Below are positions 14,401-26,939 of a stretch of DNA of 64,000 nt, one piece after another. Location of the stretch: positions 21,328,001 to 21,392,000 of the forward strand of contig CM106586.1 in the NCBI GenBank assembly GCA_048013815.1. Direction: 5' to 3'. Every line of letters begins with the position of its first letter. Positions within the stretch are counted from its first letter, which is position 1. A program made the position numbers and the translations under genes. This DNA comes from Setoptus koraiensis. Lineage: Eukaryota; Animalia; Arthropoda. The notes under the pieces were generated by a model. It saw only the letters and a program-made list of their open reading frames with translations, ran no database searches and was not told the origin of the DNA.

Positions 14401-15040
14401 ATGGATTTATCCCTCGCGTTTCCAGTCCACGTTGTGTCCATCAGCCAGTTGATGGGTGACACAAATAAGATGAGAATGCCTTGAATAAGATGTTTCCATT
14501 GCGGAATACTCAACAGTGGGTATATACTGCGTGTGTACTTGCGAAGCGCTTGAGAAATATCCGAGCCAATGATTGGTTCAAAATCCAATTCTGTCCAGAT
14601 AACTGGACTCATTTCGTGCCTCTGCAACTCTCTGTCGACATCTCGTTTCGGGTAATTAATTATTATAATTGATATCCGGATAAATGTTTTGATGACTCTT
14701 TGGCCGCCGTTTCGAATCTGCTGCTTTTTGGCACAAAATAAAATCAAATATCTCCTCGTGCGCGTGCTTTATCAGCTGCTACACTTTGCATAAAAATGCT
14801 CTGATTCTTCGCACTGTAATGTGCGCCGAACTATCACGAGACTTCTCATCAATATTGCAATGTTCAATTATTGCATAATAATCTAATGCGAACAGAAAAA
14901 ATTGCAATTGTATTCTCTATAGGAGGCTGTCTGCCTGGCCGATGGAATCGCTGCTCAACAACAAATAGCTAGATACATATTGCAGTTCCCCATCGGGGCC
15001 GGTATTACATAAGGAAACAATAGCCAGCACTGTAGTAGCG

Positions 15041-16342
15041 ATGGACAACAAATCATCCACCGGACCGGACAGATCCGACTCTCATAATCGGGCTAATAAG
15101 AAAAAAGCGGACAAGTTAAAAGTAAGAAGCAGCATGCTCTCGAGTCCGTCTGGCTCCACCGTGTCATCAGAAATGATGCCAAGCGGCATCAAGGGCGAGC
15201 CTTCAACAAGTAGGAGCGTTTACCGACCGCCGATTCAAAACACCGAGAAACCGATTCATCACAAACAACACAAGGTCTCTAAACCTCCATCATTCAGATT
15301 TGTCATGCCGAAACCGGAATGCATAGTTATCGATTTGCTTGGCACAATAGTAACGAAAAAATTCATGTCCACCTCTAATGATATTCGCTCTTTTGCCAAG
15401 AAACACCTAAACGAATATTTAGAAGACAATTGGCGCAAAAAGCCACTTAGGGTCATTTTGAATTATTTTAGAGGCTCCCAGCGTACTTGTCCAGAGAGCT
15501 TGAAATTGGGCGAGAAGCATGAGATGAGCAAAGAAGAAGCGATAGCACTAGCCAGAAATCACATACTGTACCGGATGAAAGCCCAGCCGGACAGCCCTGC
15601 CGTCGGAATATTTATGCTGGGCATCACAGAGTGGGGCTATTCAAAAAAATTACTTGTAACACCTGTTTATCCAGAAGTTCAAGAAACACTCAAGACATGG
15701 AATGAAACTCACAAGTTTCCCGTTTACATGGCTGTGGGCTCACCCGAATTTCTTTTGATGGTGCTAACTGCAACCACCAGTGGCAATCTGATACCCTTCT
15801 TCAAAGGTCACATGAACCTCACGGATTTTGATGGAAACAAAGTGAATAAAGACTTCAAGAAATTACTCGGCCTTTTAAAAATACCGCCCGGTAGAGTTTT
15901 GTATTTGACCAGATTTAGAAGCGACGCGAGAAAAGCCATCGAGAGTGGTCTCATGTCCATGATAGTGCTTAGGCATGATTTTGATAGCAACAATTTGATA
16001 CCTGCCGTACACAAATGGCGTGCAAAGAATCAGACCTTAGCTGACAAACCATCTAGTAAAAGAGGTGATGCCAAAGCACCCCCACCAGTGCCGAAAACGG
16101 AAGATGGAACTTTTATAAAGAAACTGGGGACAGCTTTGGGATTAGAGGCCATCGTAACTGGTGGACCTTCATGGGAGACTCAACGTCACATACTAATAAA
16201 TGCCTCAGAAGATATGGATCCGACTAAGTTACGAAATCCTAGTGATGAGCAAGCTATTCATTATCGATCTAGTCAATTGTTGGAGGAGGATCTTGATTAT
16301 TACAAGGTTTTATTATCGCTAGATGAGCTAGTATTTACTTGA
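15041..16342 (+). CDS. Enolase-phosphatase E1 (ENOPH1/MtnC)-like HAD protein, catalytic motifs degenerate; CDS intronless
   Basis: 433-aa ORF. IVIDLLGT ~ ILLDIEGT; SFAKKHLNEYLEDNW ~ PYIEENVKEYLQTHW; VYPEVQETLKTW ~ FFADVVPAVRKW; GNK ~ GHK; VLYLTRFRSDARKAIESGL ~ ILFLTDVTREASAAEEAD. Confidence 0.8.
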   Translation: MDNKSSTGPDRSDSHNRANKKKADKLKVRSSMLSSPSGSTVSSEMMPSGIKGEPSTSRSVYRPPIQNTEKPIHHKQHKVSKPPSFRFVMPKPECIVIDLLGTIVTKKFMSTSNDIRSFAKKHLNEYLEDNWRKKPLRVILNYFRGSQRTCPESLKLGEKHEMSKEEAIALARNHILYRMKAQPDSPAVGIFMLGITEWGYSKKLLVTPVYPEVQETLKTWNETHKFPVYMAVGSPEFLLMVLTATTSGNLIPFFKGHMNLTDFDGNKVNKDFKKLLGLLKIPPGRVLYLTRFRSDARKAIESGLMSMIVLRHDFDSNNLIPAVHKWRAKNQTLADKPSSKRGDAKAPPPVPKTEDGTFIKKLGTALGLEAIVTGGPSWETQRHILINASEDMDPTKLRNPSDEQAIHYRSSQLLEEDLDYYKVLLSLDELVFT

Positions 16343-16524
16343 CATTTGATCCAATTGACAATGAATTGATTAAAGAGACGACAAGTAACATGAAACTTTG
16401 AAAGATCGTTTAAAAACTGTTGAGTTTGCATCATTGCATCGTGCCATCGAACCGTTATATTTTGGCATTCCGCCACGTGTAATATGAGAGCTTCATTTTT
16501 GTTCTTTGAATTCTACATACACAA

Positions 16525-19123
16525 CTAGTTCCCCTTCCTCAGATAACTCATTGTCCGTCTATGCAAACTCATGAAGGGCATTTCAAAACAGACGCACAAT
16601 GCAATTCCAAACAGGGTAGAGATAAACATATTACCGATGATTATATAATGGAGCATCAGTTGACTAACCTCTAAAAGGAGATTTTGATTGCCATAGAAGA
16701 AGCAAACTATAATCATATGTGATAAATAGATAATGTAGGATGCTTTCCCCATCATAGCAAAGAATCCACAAGAGAGAATTCTGTTGAAAATGTTATCCCA
16801 TTTGTGGTGACAGGCCACTATAATCCATCCAATTGATAGGGACCATAATATAGGTGTTACTTGATTGTACAATGCCGCAACCACCGGCGTGTAGCTCCAT
16901 GTATCATTGAGCCACCAATGATTGGCAAAACTAACTGTTGCCAATGTCACCAGAGCGAGTGGCCAGCCAAAATGTTCATAATCACTGACGAGGTCCCTCT
17001 CTATTATATTGTTGCCCATCATATACCCTAAACATAAGCCAAAAAAGAAAGAGAATGAATGTGGATAAGGCGACCAAAAGTAACCCATCACATAATCGGT
17101 CCACACCTCGTCCACTTGTGGCACTGTGGCCAGCATGTTAGGTGTAAATCTTCCATTGATGTGCATATTTATGGCTTGGCAGGTGAGTATTAGCACAATT
17201 ATTAAGCCTAAAAAGAATGCTAATAATCGTCTCTTGCATACCAGTAGACAGATTAGTACTACTCCAATCAGATGATAGAACATATCGACGGATATCCACC
17301 AACTAACGAGATTACACATTTCGTCTGACTTATAAAATGATTGTAGGTGCAACAGATTGACCCAGAGATTCTTCTGACAGTTTTGCGAAAAGTAATGAGT
17401 TGTCTCGTACCAATGTGGACTGCCGCCAGGGTTAGATAAGGGCATAATTATGAAAAGTAAACCTGTTATAAGAACTTGCGGCGTCAGACGTAAATAGCGC
17501 CCTATCAAATGGTTAGACCAGCTGAAAATTTTCGCTTGATTTCTATTTGAGCTCCAAATTGAATAGGTGGTGAGTAGGCCGCTTATGAGGAAGAATGTAT
17601 CCACCAGATAATTGGCATTCAGTAGAGGCTGCGATACAGGATCTACCAGCGAATTCTCTATTTGATGTATCCGAGAGAATCCAGACCAATCGTTGTATTG
17701 CAACGAGTGAACCATCACTATCCAGAGCATAGTTATCGATCTGAGTCCGTTTAGGCAGGTGATCTCATTGGGTTTGCTAGGTCCTACATCAAGGAATGCT
17801 CTTGCATTCTCAATTAGTGAAAAGTCTTTTACATAGGCCATCCATGAGGTTCCATTTCTGAGATGAACACTTGAGTTGCCGGCGTCTATAATAATCATCT
17901 TGTTGGTAGCGTTACTACTGGCCGTATTTTCGAAGTTGTATGTAGCTTGTTCGTGGCTAATAAACATGACAATTGCATGTATCACAGATGAAACGGCAAC
18001 TAGAATTAGAAAGCTGCCTAGTATAATGAGTGCAACTTTTTGCATATAGCTGACTTGTCCTTGAATAATCAATATTTCGTCTTTAGCTAAAATGATGCCG
18101 TCGTTCGACGAACGATCATTTTGATTCACGTGGCATTTGATGGGTCCTGTCAGTATGTTTGCCCGGTCTCCAATGCGCCTTGCTAATATCTTGAGATCGT
18201 GAGGTCCACATCTGCTTGGTGTGCAGATACCTGTCTTGATGTAAATATAGTGGAAATATTGCGCATTATCAACGAGATGATAGAAGATGTCATTCGTGGC
18301 TGTTGAAAAATTGTTGTTAACTTGATGCAAACCATCTCGAAATAGCTTGGACAATTGTTTTTCCTTTGTGATGATCTTGTGAAAATGTGATCTCGACGGC
18401 ACCACAGGACGATAGCTCACAGAGCAATATTGGGGCTGGCCTAGCTTTTCGTTCAATCGCTCAGATAGGCCAGGTGAATATGCTTGGAGGCATCCATGAA
18501 AGGAGCCCGTATCCGAGTAAACTCCGTCAAGTAGACCGATCGGAGGAAAATTTCCCCAGGCGTTGAGCACTGATATTGTTAATTACAGTAATAATATTAG
18601 TAGTAGTAATAGTATGAGTGGCGGTAGAGAAAAGAAACATAATTAGAAAGAGGGATGATTGAAGGACAATGGATAAAGTGTCCATATACTCACTTCGTAT
18701 GGCCCAAGACTCGAGGGATCTGGCGGCCAATAGTGTCACGTTGATCGCCTCCAGGCAGCCATTAGACACTTTTGGCCCCTCCAATAGAAGCTCGTTCAAT
18801 TGGGGCCAGAGTTGATCCAGACGCCTGTTGACCATTTCGAGTGTCTTTAGCCTCATCAGAGACCATGCTCTGGATGCGTGCTCGACGCTTATGTTTTTGA
18901 AATCGTCATAGTTGCTCGAGGTGCGCAAATCCGGACCCGGTCTCGATAGTATTATCTTGAGATCGCTATCTACCTTTGAATTATTATTGATGATATTATC
19001 TATTGCAGTAAGATTAGTTGACGCTTGATATTCAGTAGGTAGAGGCACCTGTTGAGCGTGTAATGTTGCAAAGCCGCATATTAATACTGCGAGCAATGAT
19101 GCTATTTGTGCTGAAAAAATCAT
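16525..19123 (-). CDS. NRF-6 (nose resistant to fluoxetine)-family O-acyltransferase; exons 19123-18694 and 18569-16525, 824 aa
   Basis: ATG at 19123 (the track start at 19153 is TTG), followed by a signal peptide. Intron 18693-18570 (GTGAGT...ATCAG) joins WAIR|MLNAWG in frame. Acyltransferase-3 motifs CLNGLRSITMLWIVMVH, VDTFFLISGLL, RYLRLTP, SYIIYLSH; multiple TM helices. Confidence 0.92.
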
Positions 19124-20939
19124 CCTTGATTTCTTTTTTTTCGCCTCGTTCAAGATTTCAATACTAATTCATATCTTGTGTTGTCCTTATCAGATGCGAC
19201 TGAACAAGCTTTTTATGATTCGCAATCAAGAAGTCTCTTTATGGAGAGTGACGAGAATCAGCAATCAACACTTGAAATGGATGAGAATAAACTGACTGAT
19301 TTATCTACATTATTTAGTAACATTATAACGATGATGATTGTGATGGACAGAATAGTCTTGTAGATGACATAGAGAGGTTACTTGGCGACCAATGTCTAAA
19401 CATTTGAAAACAGAAACACTTCCATGCCTAAATTCGTATAGTGGTTTGAATAGAATTAATTATTTCGAAGTAATATGTAATCACTTTCGCTCGTTATTGA
19501 TTACTGCCCTAGGTGTTTTGACACATAGTTGACAGCATCGCAGTGAAACTATCTATTTTGTGTTACTTTGTCGACATAATCACATTTTATATAACTTATA
19601 TCACATTGATGAATTGCCCATTAGCTGTTAGTGAGACTCGATAAAGATGCTTCGAAGAACTTGCCGAGTTGCTGCCATTCGCCTGATTCAACTAACTTAC
19701 TCTTACTGGGACGAAGCAAACGATTTTTACTATTGCAAAAAAGGAAAATTCCAATATCATCGTGTCGTTCGAAAGTGCTGTCGAGAACCGACAAACATAC
19801 GGAGAGTTTAGATGGTTGTTACAGTAGAAGAAAGAACCTTGCACACAGAGGTTTAACCACTCATGATTTTAAAAGCTGTAGGCATGTTTTTACCTACTCC
19901 AATTGTTTACATTATTGAAAGAAGTCTAACGAAATCTTTGAAGAAAAAAGCATTGATAGACGAACAGGTAATGACATGGATTTCTTTATCTGACGACCAT
20001 TCTTAACCATTCATAGGCCTTAGATATTCGAAATAAAGCAATGGATGAACTCCGATTCGAATCAAATGTTAAGTGAAGAGAAGTGAGAGCGAGAGTTTGT
20101 CTACATTCGACACTTGTCTTTTGAATCTTTTCTCGAGCTTTGATTCATATTTTGGCTGTAATCATTGTTTTTGTTGTCTTGATAAAGTAACTAGATGTAA
20201 ATCAAACACATAGCAAAGAGAATCGCTTAGACTTCAATCGAAAGTTTTCTTTCTAATACCCGCATTGAGTGCGCGAGTAGGGTTGTTATGACGATTGCAT
20301 ATTGACACAACAATTGATGTTGAATAAACATTGTGAAGTCACATCGACACAATGGATTGAGAAGGAAGAGAGAAACTCTCATATGTTTGCCTATTCAGTT
20401 GTTTTTTAACCCATTAATTGTTTCGTCCAATCGTAAACTGACCAATTTATATATAAACCATAAGACCATTCCACAAAACTGCACAAAACAAGAGCTTGCA
20501 AATTGCCAAACGTCATTTGTAACTTCTCTGAGGTCAATCGGCAGACATCAATGTCAAATATAGCAAGATAATACGTACATTTTAGCCAGTTTTGAGGTAT
20601 GGGGAGCATAGAGGGAATTATTCCGTTCACACGACCATTATTTTATTTCATCACCTAACAATCAAGTCCGTCTACACAGCTTCACAGCGATTTATGTATT
20701 TAAATTATACCGATTAGATTATGTCGGAGAATCCATGAATGTTGCTACTCAACATCACCGGTCTTAATGTTGCAAAGAGTTACATACTCACCTGCACATT
20801 AGGATTGATATTATTAAGCTAATGTCTACAAACTGTTTCACTTCAAATCACACCTAACTACTTTACATAGTTCTAATATGAGATTGTGAGTGTCATGCTA
20901 AAGACAGAACGCTCCAAGTTATATTGTAATCGCAATAGT

Positions 20940-21485
20940 GAGAGGGCTCTTCAAGGTTAGACACACTACAGCCACTTGAGAAAAACTATCAGACGGAGTT
21001 TTTATGATTGTCTAGGCACAGAAGAGAAGAGAGTAAGAGTTCGATCTATGATAGTTGATCACAAGAACTTGGTCTACCCTACTCAAGTTAATATTAATAA
21101 CACCATAAACAATGGAGGCTTTTGCCATCCTTGTTAGCCTCGGTACTATGCTGCCGAAGCAGCGAATACTACGGATCGGCAACCAGCTTTCTAAAGAAGA
21201 ATGGACTGTACTAATGATGTCTGCAACTCATAAGTTACGAGTCGTAACGTGATGAAGGCAATGGGAGTAGTGCGAATCTAACATCGGTTGTTGAGATGTC
21301 TGTCAATGATCACTATAAATAGCAATCTTCGAGAACTGATCACAAAAGCATGGTCTGTTGAGAAATTGAAAATTGAACGAACCACACTTAATCAAAAAAT
21401 CCGATCGGTGCGATTTAGCTTATTTGACAAGCACACTCGGAAGAAAAAAATGGTCCCAAATCATCATATTCAAGTACAACTTTGA
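20940..21485 (+). pseudogene. Possible decayed F-box/LRR-like gene fragment
   Basis: Stop- and frameshift-riddled pieces: FYDCLGTEEKRVRVRSM (F-box-like), LPKQRILRIGNQLSKEEW and NLRELI..VEKLKIE (LRR-like). Weak resemblance by eye only. Confidence 0.2.
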
Positions 21486-23644
21486 AAGAGGCAGAATTGA
21501 AATGTAAGAGCTAGACGATGATTTTCTTCTCGTGATCATTTTGACCTCGAATCCGATTCGCTATGAAGCATTGAATTTTATTGATGCATAATGACTAGTA
21601 GCTGACTAGTTCGAGTGGTGACTGATTTTCACTGCTAACATAGATGCGAAAGGGACGGCCATCATTTGACTCCAAGACGTAGAGGCAAATGATATCGTTG
21701 CTTTATGATCAACGAGATAGATGAGTCCAGCCGGCGCGTCCAAATGTCCATGAGGTCAGAATATCCATCCATTCCCGGTTTCACTCCACTGGTTCTAATA
21801 ATCCTCGTGATAATAGGCAAATATCCACATATGGGTCCTGGGGGCATTCCGGGAAGGAAAATTTGGGAACAGAAACTCGGTTAGTTTTTCCTGACGGCAG
21901 AATGACATGAAGTGCAAGATCACTGCGAATGGTACATACCTATATGGTCCACGTCCTGGTAGAGTTTGAAGTAATTAATCAAGGAAGCCGCCTGGAAGAT
22001 GAAGTAGAAATATTCTCACATCGTGCACAAAAATCCCCCGACAGGTGCATAAAAAATCAACACATCCTCAAGATAGTCATGGATCATCTAGCAAATTCTT
22101 CGATATGTTGGAGCTGTTCTAGTTTACAGAGCGCGATAGTTCGTTCGTTAAGTTCTTCGGATCTCTTCAGCCTTCTCTCATAAACTGAGCATTGATTCGA
22201 GTTGAAACTTGCTCGCAGCGTTGATCAGACCAACAATTGAATTACCTTCAGCGCACAAAACACCATGGTGGGCCAATGACCAGTCTACTTAAAGACAGAT
22301 GCATTGACCCATCATGTTGCTTTGCCACGCGATAAGGCAGAAAGGATACCAAGGGGTGATCCGTCGGAAAATTCAAGGTTCATGATCCTGCTCAGGATGC
22401 ACTGTTGGATTACATTGATCCGCTAGGAAAGTGCTAGTATGCTAGAGTTATAACTCATAGGCTTGTCATGTCCAAAATGCTCACATCCAATAATATTCAT
22501 CATTTCATCAAGAACGAGCCGATGGCAAACAAAAGAAAACCAATAGATGGAAGTTCATACGAAGTATATCGAAGCGAAGTGAAAGAATAAGTTCCTCAAA
22601 CTAATCCATGAATCATCGCCCTAGAATTCCATAATAAGAGAGAATCCCTCGCGCTCTCGAACATTCCCAAAAGTATTCTCCAATATCTTCTTTGATGCAC
22701 GCTTTCTAAGTCCTACAGTAGAAGTGATAAAGTCAATGTGAAAAAAATCCCTGCCAATCGTCAATGAATTGAGTACATGGACTCAGGGCCGTCACGCAAA
22801 ACGCAACAACTTCCTGTCACATGTCGCTTGGTTCCGTCATCTTTCTAGGTCAAATGGCAATCCGATAGTTGGAGTGATTTTGATTGTACTCTAAGATCAT
22901 AATTTCAGAGTGCTTGAGACTAGCAAGCTTAAAGTTGTTAGAGACTTCTTTAGAGTTGTTGTATATGGATATATATATATTCACGAGTTTGATTGCCAGT
23001 TGGAGGACTACACCGGAAATGCGGGCCAGTAAGTAGATACACCCGAGTGATCCTGATAAACAGAGTAGACGCTTATTAGAAAAAAAGTTGACGTGAACTT
23101 TACCAAGTAGAAGATATTCCTTAAATTGGGAACCACAAGAGCAAGTACCTCCTGTACTAGCCGTTTGTCGCATTGGGTGTAGTCAAGAGTTTATAGTCCT
23201 CAACCATGGAGTATTTTTCTGCAAGTACAATCTAGGATTAAGTCAGTAGTGTAAGAATGTACACCTCGTATCTGTGCTGTGATTCGTGGTAAACTTGCTA
23301 AATCAAGCTCAGTCCGAAGGTTAGTGATAATGAAAAGTTGTCACAATTCATGGTTACTAGTATAATTTTGGGACAATCAGTGGCCAAGAAAGATGATTAC
23401 TTTGATGATCCAAGGCGTATCTAGGTCCCAGATTTTCGCTACTGATCATTTAGTACTTAGATTTGTAAATGCAAGGTGAGGTATGATAAATTCGAGTTCG
23501 ACCATGAAACTCGAATTAGGTTTAATACTGTCATCAAGCAGTGTCCCGTCAATGGGTTAAACTTCGATTGTAAGGCTAGATTATCAGTCTGTAAGAGTAT
23601 CGGGAGTACGAATGAGTACGGAATGGTTCAGGCTGTGCCACATG

Positions 23645-24150
23645 ATGATGCAACAGCTTTGCGGCCCATCTGAAGGGCTGAGTGGGGTTTCACGTCAGGT
23701 TTTACGCATGATGTAACAATTTTTGGCCAGACTAAGGTCTGATTGTGCGTTTAGGCTAAGCTAAGTGATGTAACAATTTTCGGCCGGACAAAGGGCTGAA
23801 TAAAGGTTTTAGGGTAGGTTGAGTGTTGTAACAATTTTCTGCCAAACAGAGGGCTGAACATAGACTCTACGCATGGTCAAGTGATTTAACAAATTTCGGC
23901 CGGACAAAGGGCTGAATATCGGTTGTACGCTAGGTTAAGTGATTTAACAATTTTCTGCCAGACAAAGGGCTGAATATCGGATATAGGCTAGATTATATGG
24001 TGTAACAATTTTCGGCCCAACGAAGGGGCTAAATGTGATATACGTCATGTCGCGCGTGATGTAACAATTTTCGGCCAGACTAAGGGCTGAATATTGATTA
24101 TGCGCTAGATTAGGTCATGTAACAACTTGTCGGCCCGACTAGGGGGCTGG
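23645..24150. repeat. 58-bp-period array: 9 conserved ~36-nt cores separated by ~22-nt variable segments
   Basis: Cores start at 23645, 23708, 23765, 23823, 23881, 23939, 23997, 24056 and 24114. Consensus GTGATGTAACAATTTTCGGCCAGACAAAGGGCTGAA. Spacings 63, 57, 58, 58, 58, 58, 59, 58. Confidence 0.9.
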
Positions 24151-25384
24151 TGGTTTGTCACATTATGAAACAAATGGGGATTCAACTGATGTTTGTTGAC
24201 GAAGAGATGAGGGTATGAAGTGGGAAGATTATGGGTCCATAGAAGATTGTATTATGGTTACAAATTGCGACTAAAGAATCTCGATAAGAATTTATCAATC
24301 AAAGTGTCGATAGATAAACAAGTATAGGTAGATTTGATCTGAACTTACATTAATAGGCTCAATGACGAATCCCTCCGTGAAGGTCCTTGGATAATTCTAT
24401 AAAAACATAAATTAATATCTACAAATTCTGATACATAGATTGGAGATCATATAAAGTGGATAAACTCTTCATTTTGATATACAAATTCTCGATACAAATG
24501 AATAATTCAATTATTTAAAGCTAAACCGTACGCGCGATCCGGATTCGAGAAAAATCCGAATGAGGCTTACATCGTAGCCGATAGAAGCAGCTAGAAAATA
24601 GTAAATACGCAATTTACTCTGTTTTGTACTCGTAAACACTATGTAGGGGGAAGAGACTGAAGCGAAATCTAGGACAATCAGTACAAAAAGGCTATGACTC
24701 ACACATTGCCGACCCCCCAACTATGTGCGGGTATGTGCGATTGAAGGAACAGCCGATCTGGCCTACCTAAAGCATTTGTTTATCCAATGCATTGGTTTAT
24801 GAAAATGATCGTCAGGGGCGCTGGCATCGCTTACAAACCAGCACAGAATAAAGACTGTTCCGATAAATGTTTGCGCGCTTTAGCTCATTGAGCGTCAGCC
24901 TTTGTTCATTGTCTCCTTACCAGCTTTGACTGGTGTAGTCGCTCACCCTGGCTGTGGAAAGCTGAGCAGCGCCGCCCTTGCGGATTCTTCTACAAGCCTG
25001 TTCATACGCACTAGGAAAAGTGCAAAGAAGCAGATGCTATTTTTCCCCTCTCAGTCCCGCTACATTTACGCATATGAAGGGAAACGTGAGAAGGGGTGAA
25101 AAAATAGAAGAACAAAACAGCGTAACTAGCATTTCCAATGTCTTTCCCTCGGTCGAATTTTTTTTTCACGATTCGTATTGCGCGCCATCAAAATGGGTGT
25201 GTAAGCATTCCGGATGCATTCGCGCATCACAATTATCATTGGACAAGCATGTGTTTCTCGACATAGCAGAATCACAGGATCGCCATAGATTTTTTCAATA
25301 TTATTTACCTGACACCAGTCAGAATTGGCATATTAAATTATCTAATATTATCACGAATTATAGAGCCTTAAATTATCATTCATC

Positions 25385-26047
25385 ATGAAGTAAGTATACA
25401 ACCGGGCATTTATCTCTTGTCGGATATCTTTGCAACTCTTTCTCACCATTGAATTTCCCAATATTTGTCGACTATTAGGCTGGAACTTTGTTCATTCAGT
25501 GGATACAAGATCTACCCGGGCCATGGAAAACGTATGGTCAAGGCTGACGGAAAGGTATTATTCGCTCCAACTAGCCAATCCTGTCATATCAGCACAAAAT
25601 CTGACTGAACTTATTTGCTAACAATTTTTTCGTTCTCAATCCTCATCATAGGTTTTCACATTCATGAACGCCAAATGTGAAAGGGCTCATCTGATGCGAA
25701 GAAATCCTCGTAAAATCACATGGACCGTCCTCTACCGTAGACAACACAAGCGTGGCAAAGAGGAGGAGCACAGCAAAAAGAGAAGCCGACGTGCAGTTAA
25801 ATCCCAACGTGCTATTGTTGGTGCTAGCTTGACAGAGATTTTGGCCAGACGTAACCAGAAGCCTGAAGTGAGGAAAGCTCAAAGAGAGCAGGCAGTGAGG
25901 GCCATCAAGGAAAAGAAGAGAGCCGAAAAGAAGAGCAAACAGAAGGAGAGACAGCCTCCTCCGGCACCACCCAAGAAAGCGGGCAAAGCCCAGAAGGCCC
26001 CCAAGCAAGTAATGCCAAAGGCCCCACGTATCGGAGGCAAGCGTTGA
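25385..26047 (+). CDS. RpL24: 60S ribosomal protein L24; exons 25385-25389, 25479-25554, 25652-26047, 158 aa
   Basis: Spliced product MK|[25 protein letters not shown]|[35 protein letters not shown]...PRIGGKR. Both introns are GT-AG. Confidence 0.97.
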
Positions 26048-26939
26048 TTTAATAATCAACACTTTTCCATTGGCAACAATAAAGCTATGCTTAGGTTGTG
26101 TTTACACTATTGGCCCTTGTCAAGTTTGTCTCTATTTCTCTCATTGCTTCCTCTTTGAATGACCTGTTATTTTCATTCTTTAGTTTACGTGTGAAGATGC
26201 TGGGTGCTAGTGGTACTAGTGGCATTCGCACGCGAAACTATCGACGAATCTGCGTGCAAACGAGAACCGTTTCACCGTGGTTCCAAAAACTTATCCTCCT
26301 TGATCAATCTGAACCGCATCGACCTCTGTGGGAATTTGATCATCTGGAACAGTGAACACTCGCTGTGGCAGCACTAGGCAGCTCTTCTGAGCCAACTCGC
26401 GCCTAGCAAGACTAGCTTGGTGAAGAGCCTCAATTATCTGTATGTGGGGGCCCCCATTGCGAGTGTGCACAGAAAGTTGATATAGCGCGCTTGTGCATGG
26501 TGGCGAGACAATTGCGCGAAGGAATTTGTTTATGCTTCGAGGAACAGTCCTTTAGTAAGTGAGGAGTTTTTCCATTTGTGCGCCATTTTGCCCATTGAGC
26601 CCCCAGTGCCCAGTTGCCAATGCTCATTGCATCACGCCTTTGGGGTTCCCATTTGGTTAAATAACGTCTTATTGGCCCTGACCGAACTAGGTCTGTGGCC
26701 TCAAAAGCAAATCTAAACGAGCCAGTGGTAACGATGAATCATACAAACGAACAAATATCAAAGCCAAATAAATAATTGACGCCCCAGGATGATTATGAGA
26801 TCGTAACCCCGTAATTACCGTATCTCATCAATCGAAGGGCAGTGGACGGAGGATTGTGGCTAAGACCATGAATGAGAGACCACTATTGGCCAGTATCTAG
26901 CTCAAACGTGCCAAAAATAAGCAACGACACTCACATAAA

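Larger units (their letters stand above)
689..14900. promoter_or_regulatory. Long non-coding upstream region of the Fox gene (probable cis-regulatory domain)
   Basis: No ORF with recognisable homology over ~14 kb. Dense (CAA)n, (CA)n, (GA)n and CAG microsatellites with GC-rich patches. Regulatory role is inferred from position 5' of a developmental TF. Confidence 0.45.

Noticed and set aside
977-14747. Roughly 90 short track ORFs, including 10820-11395, 11043-11696, 11411-11941 and 14271-14747
   Set aside because: No recognisable domains. They overlap on both strands and are explained by GC-rich or repeat DNA lacking stops; many begin at TTG/GTG, which is not meaningful here.
22050-22078. 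Minus-strand YLEDVLIF resembling the reverse-transcriptase YxDD motif
   Set aside because: E instead of D and no other RT motifs in flanking frames.
21780-22740. Apparently semi-open minus-strand frame
   Set aside because: About nine stops in ~240 codons, close to random expectation.
23645-24150. Calling the array a true CRISPR
   Set aside because: Animal context, no cas genes, degenerate repeats, and spacers homologous to each other. Kept as a repeat and reported as a finding.
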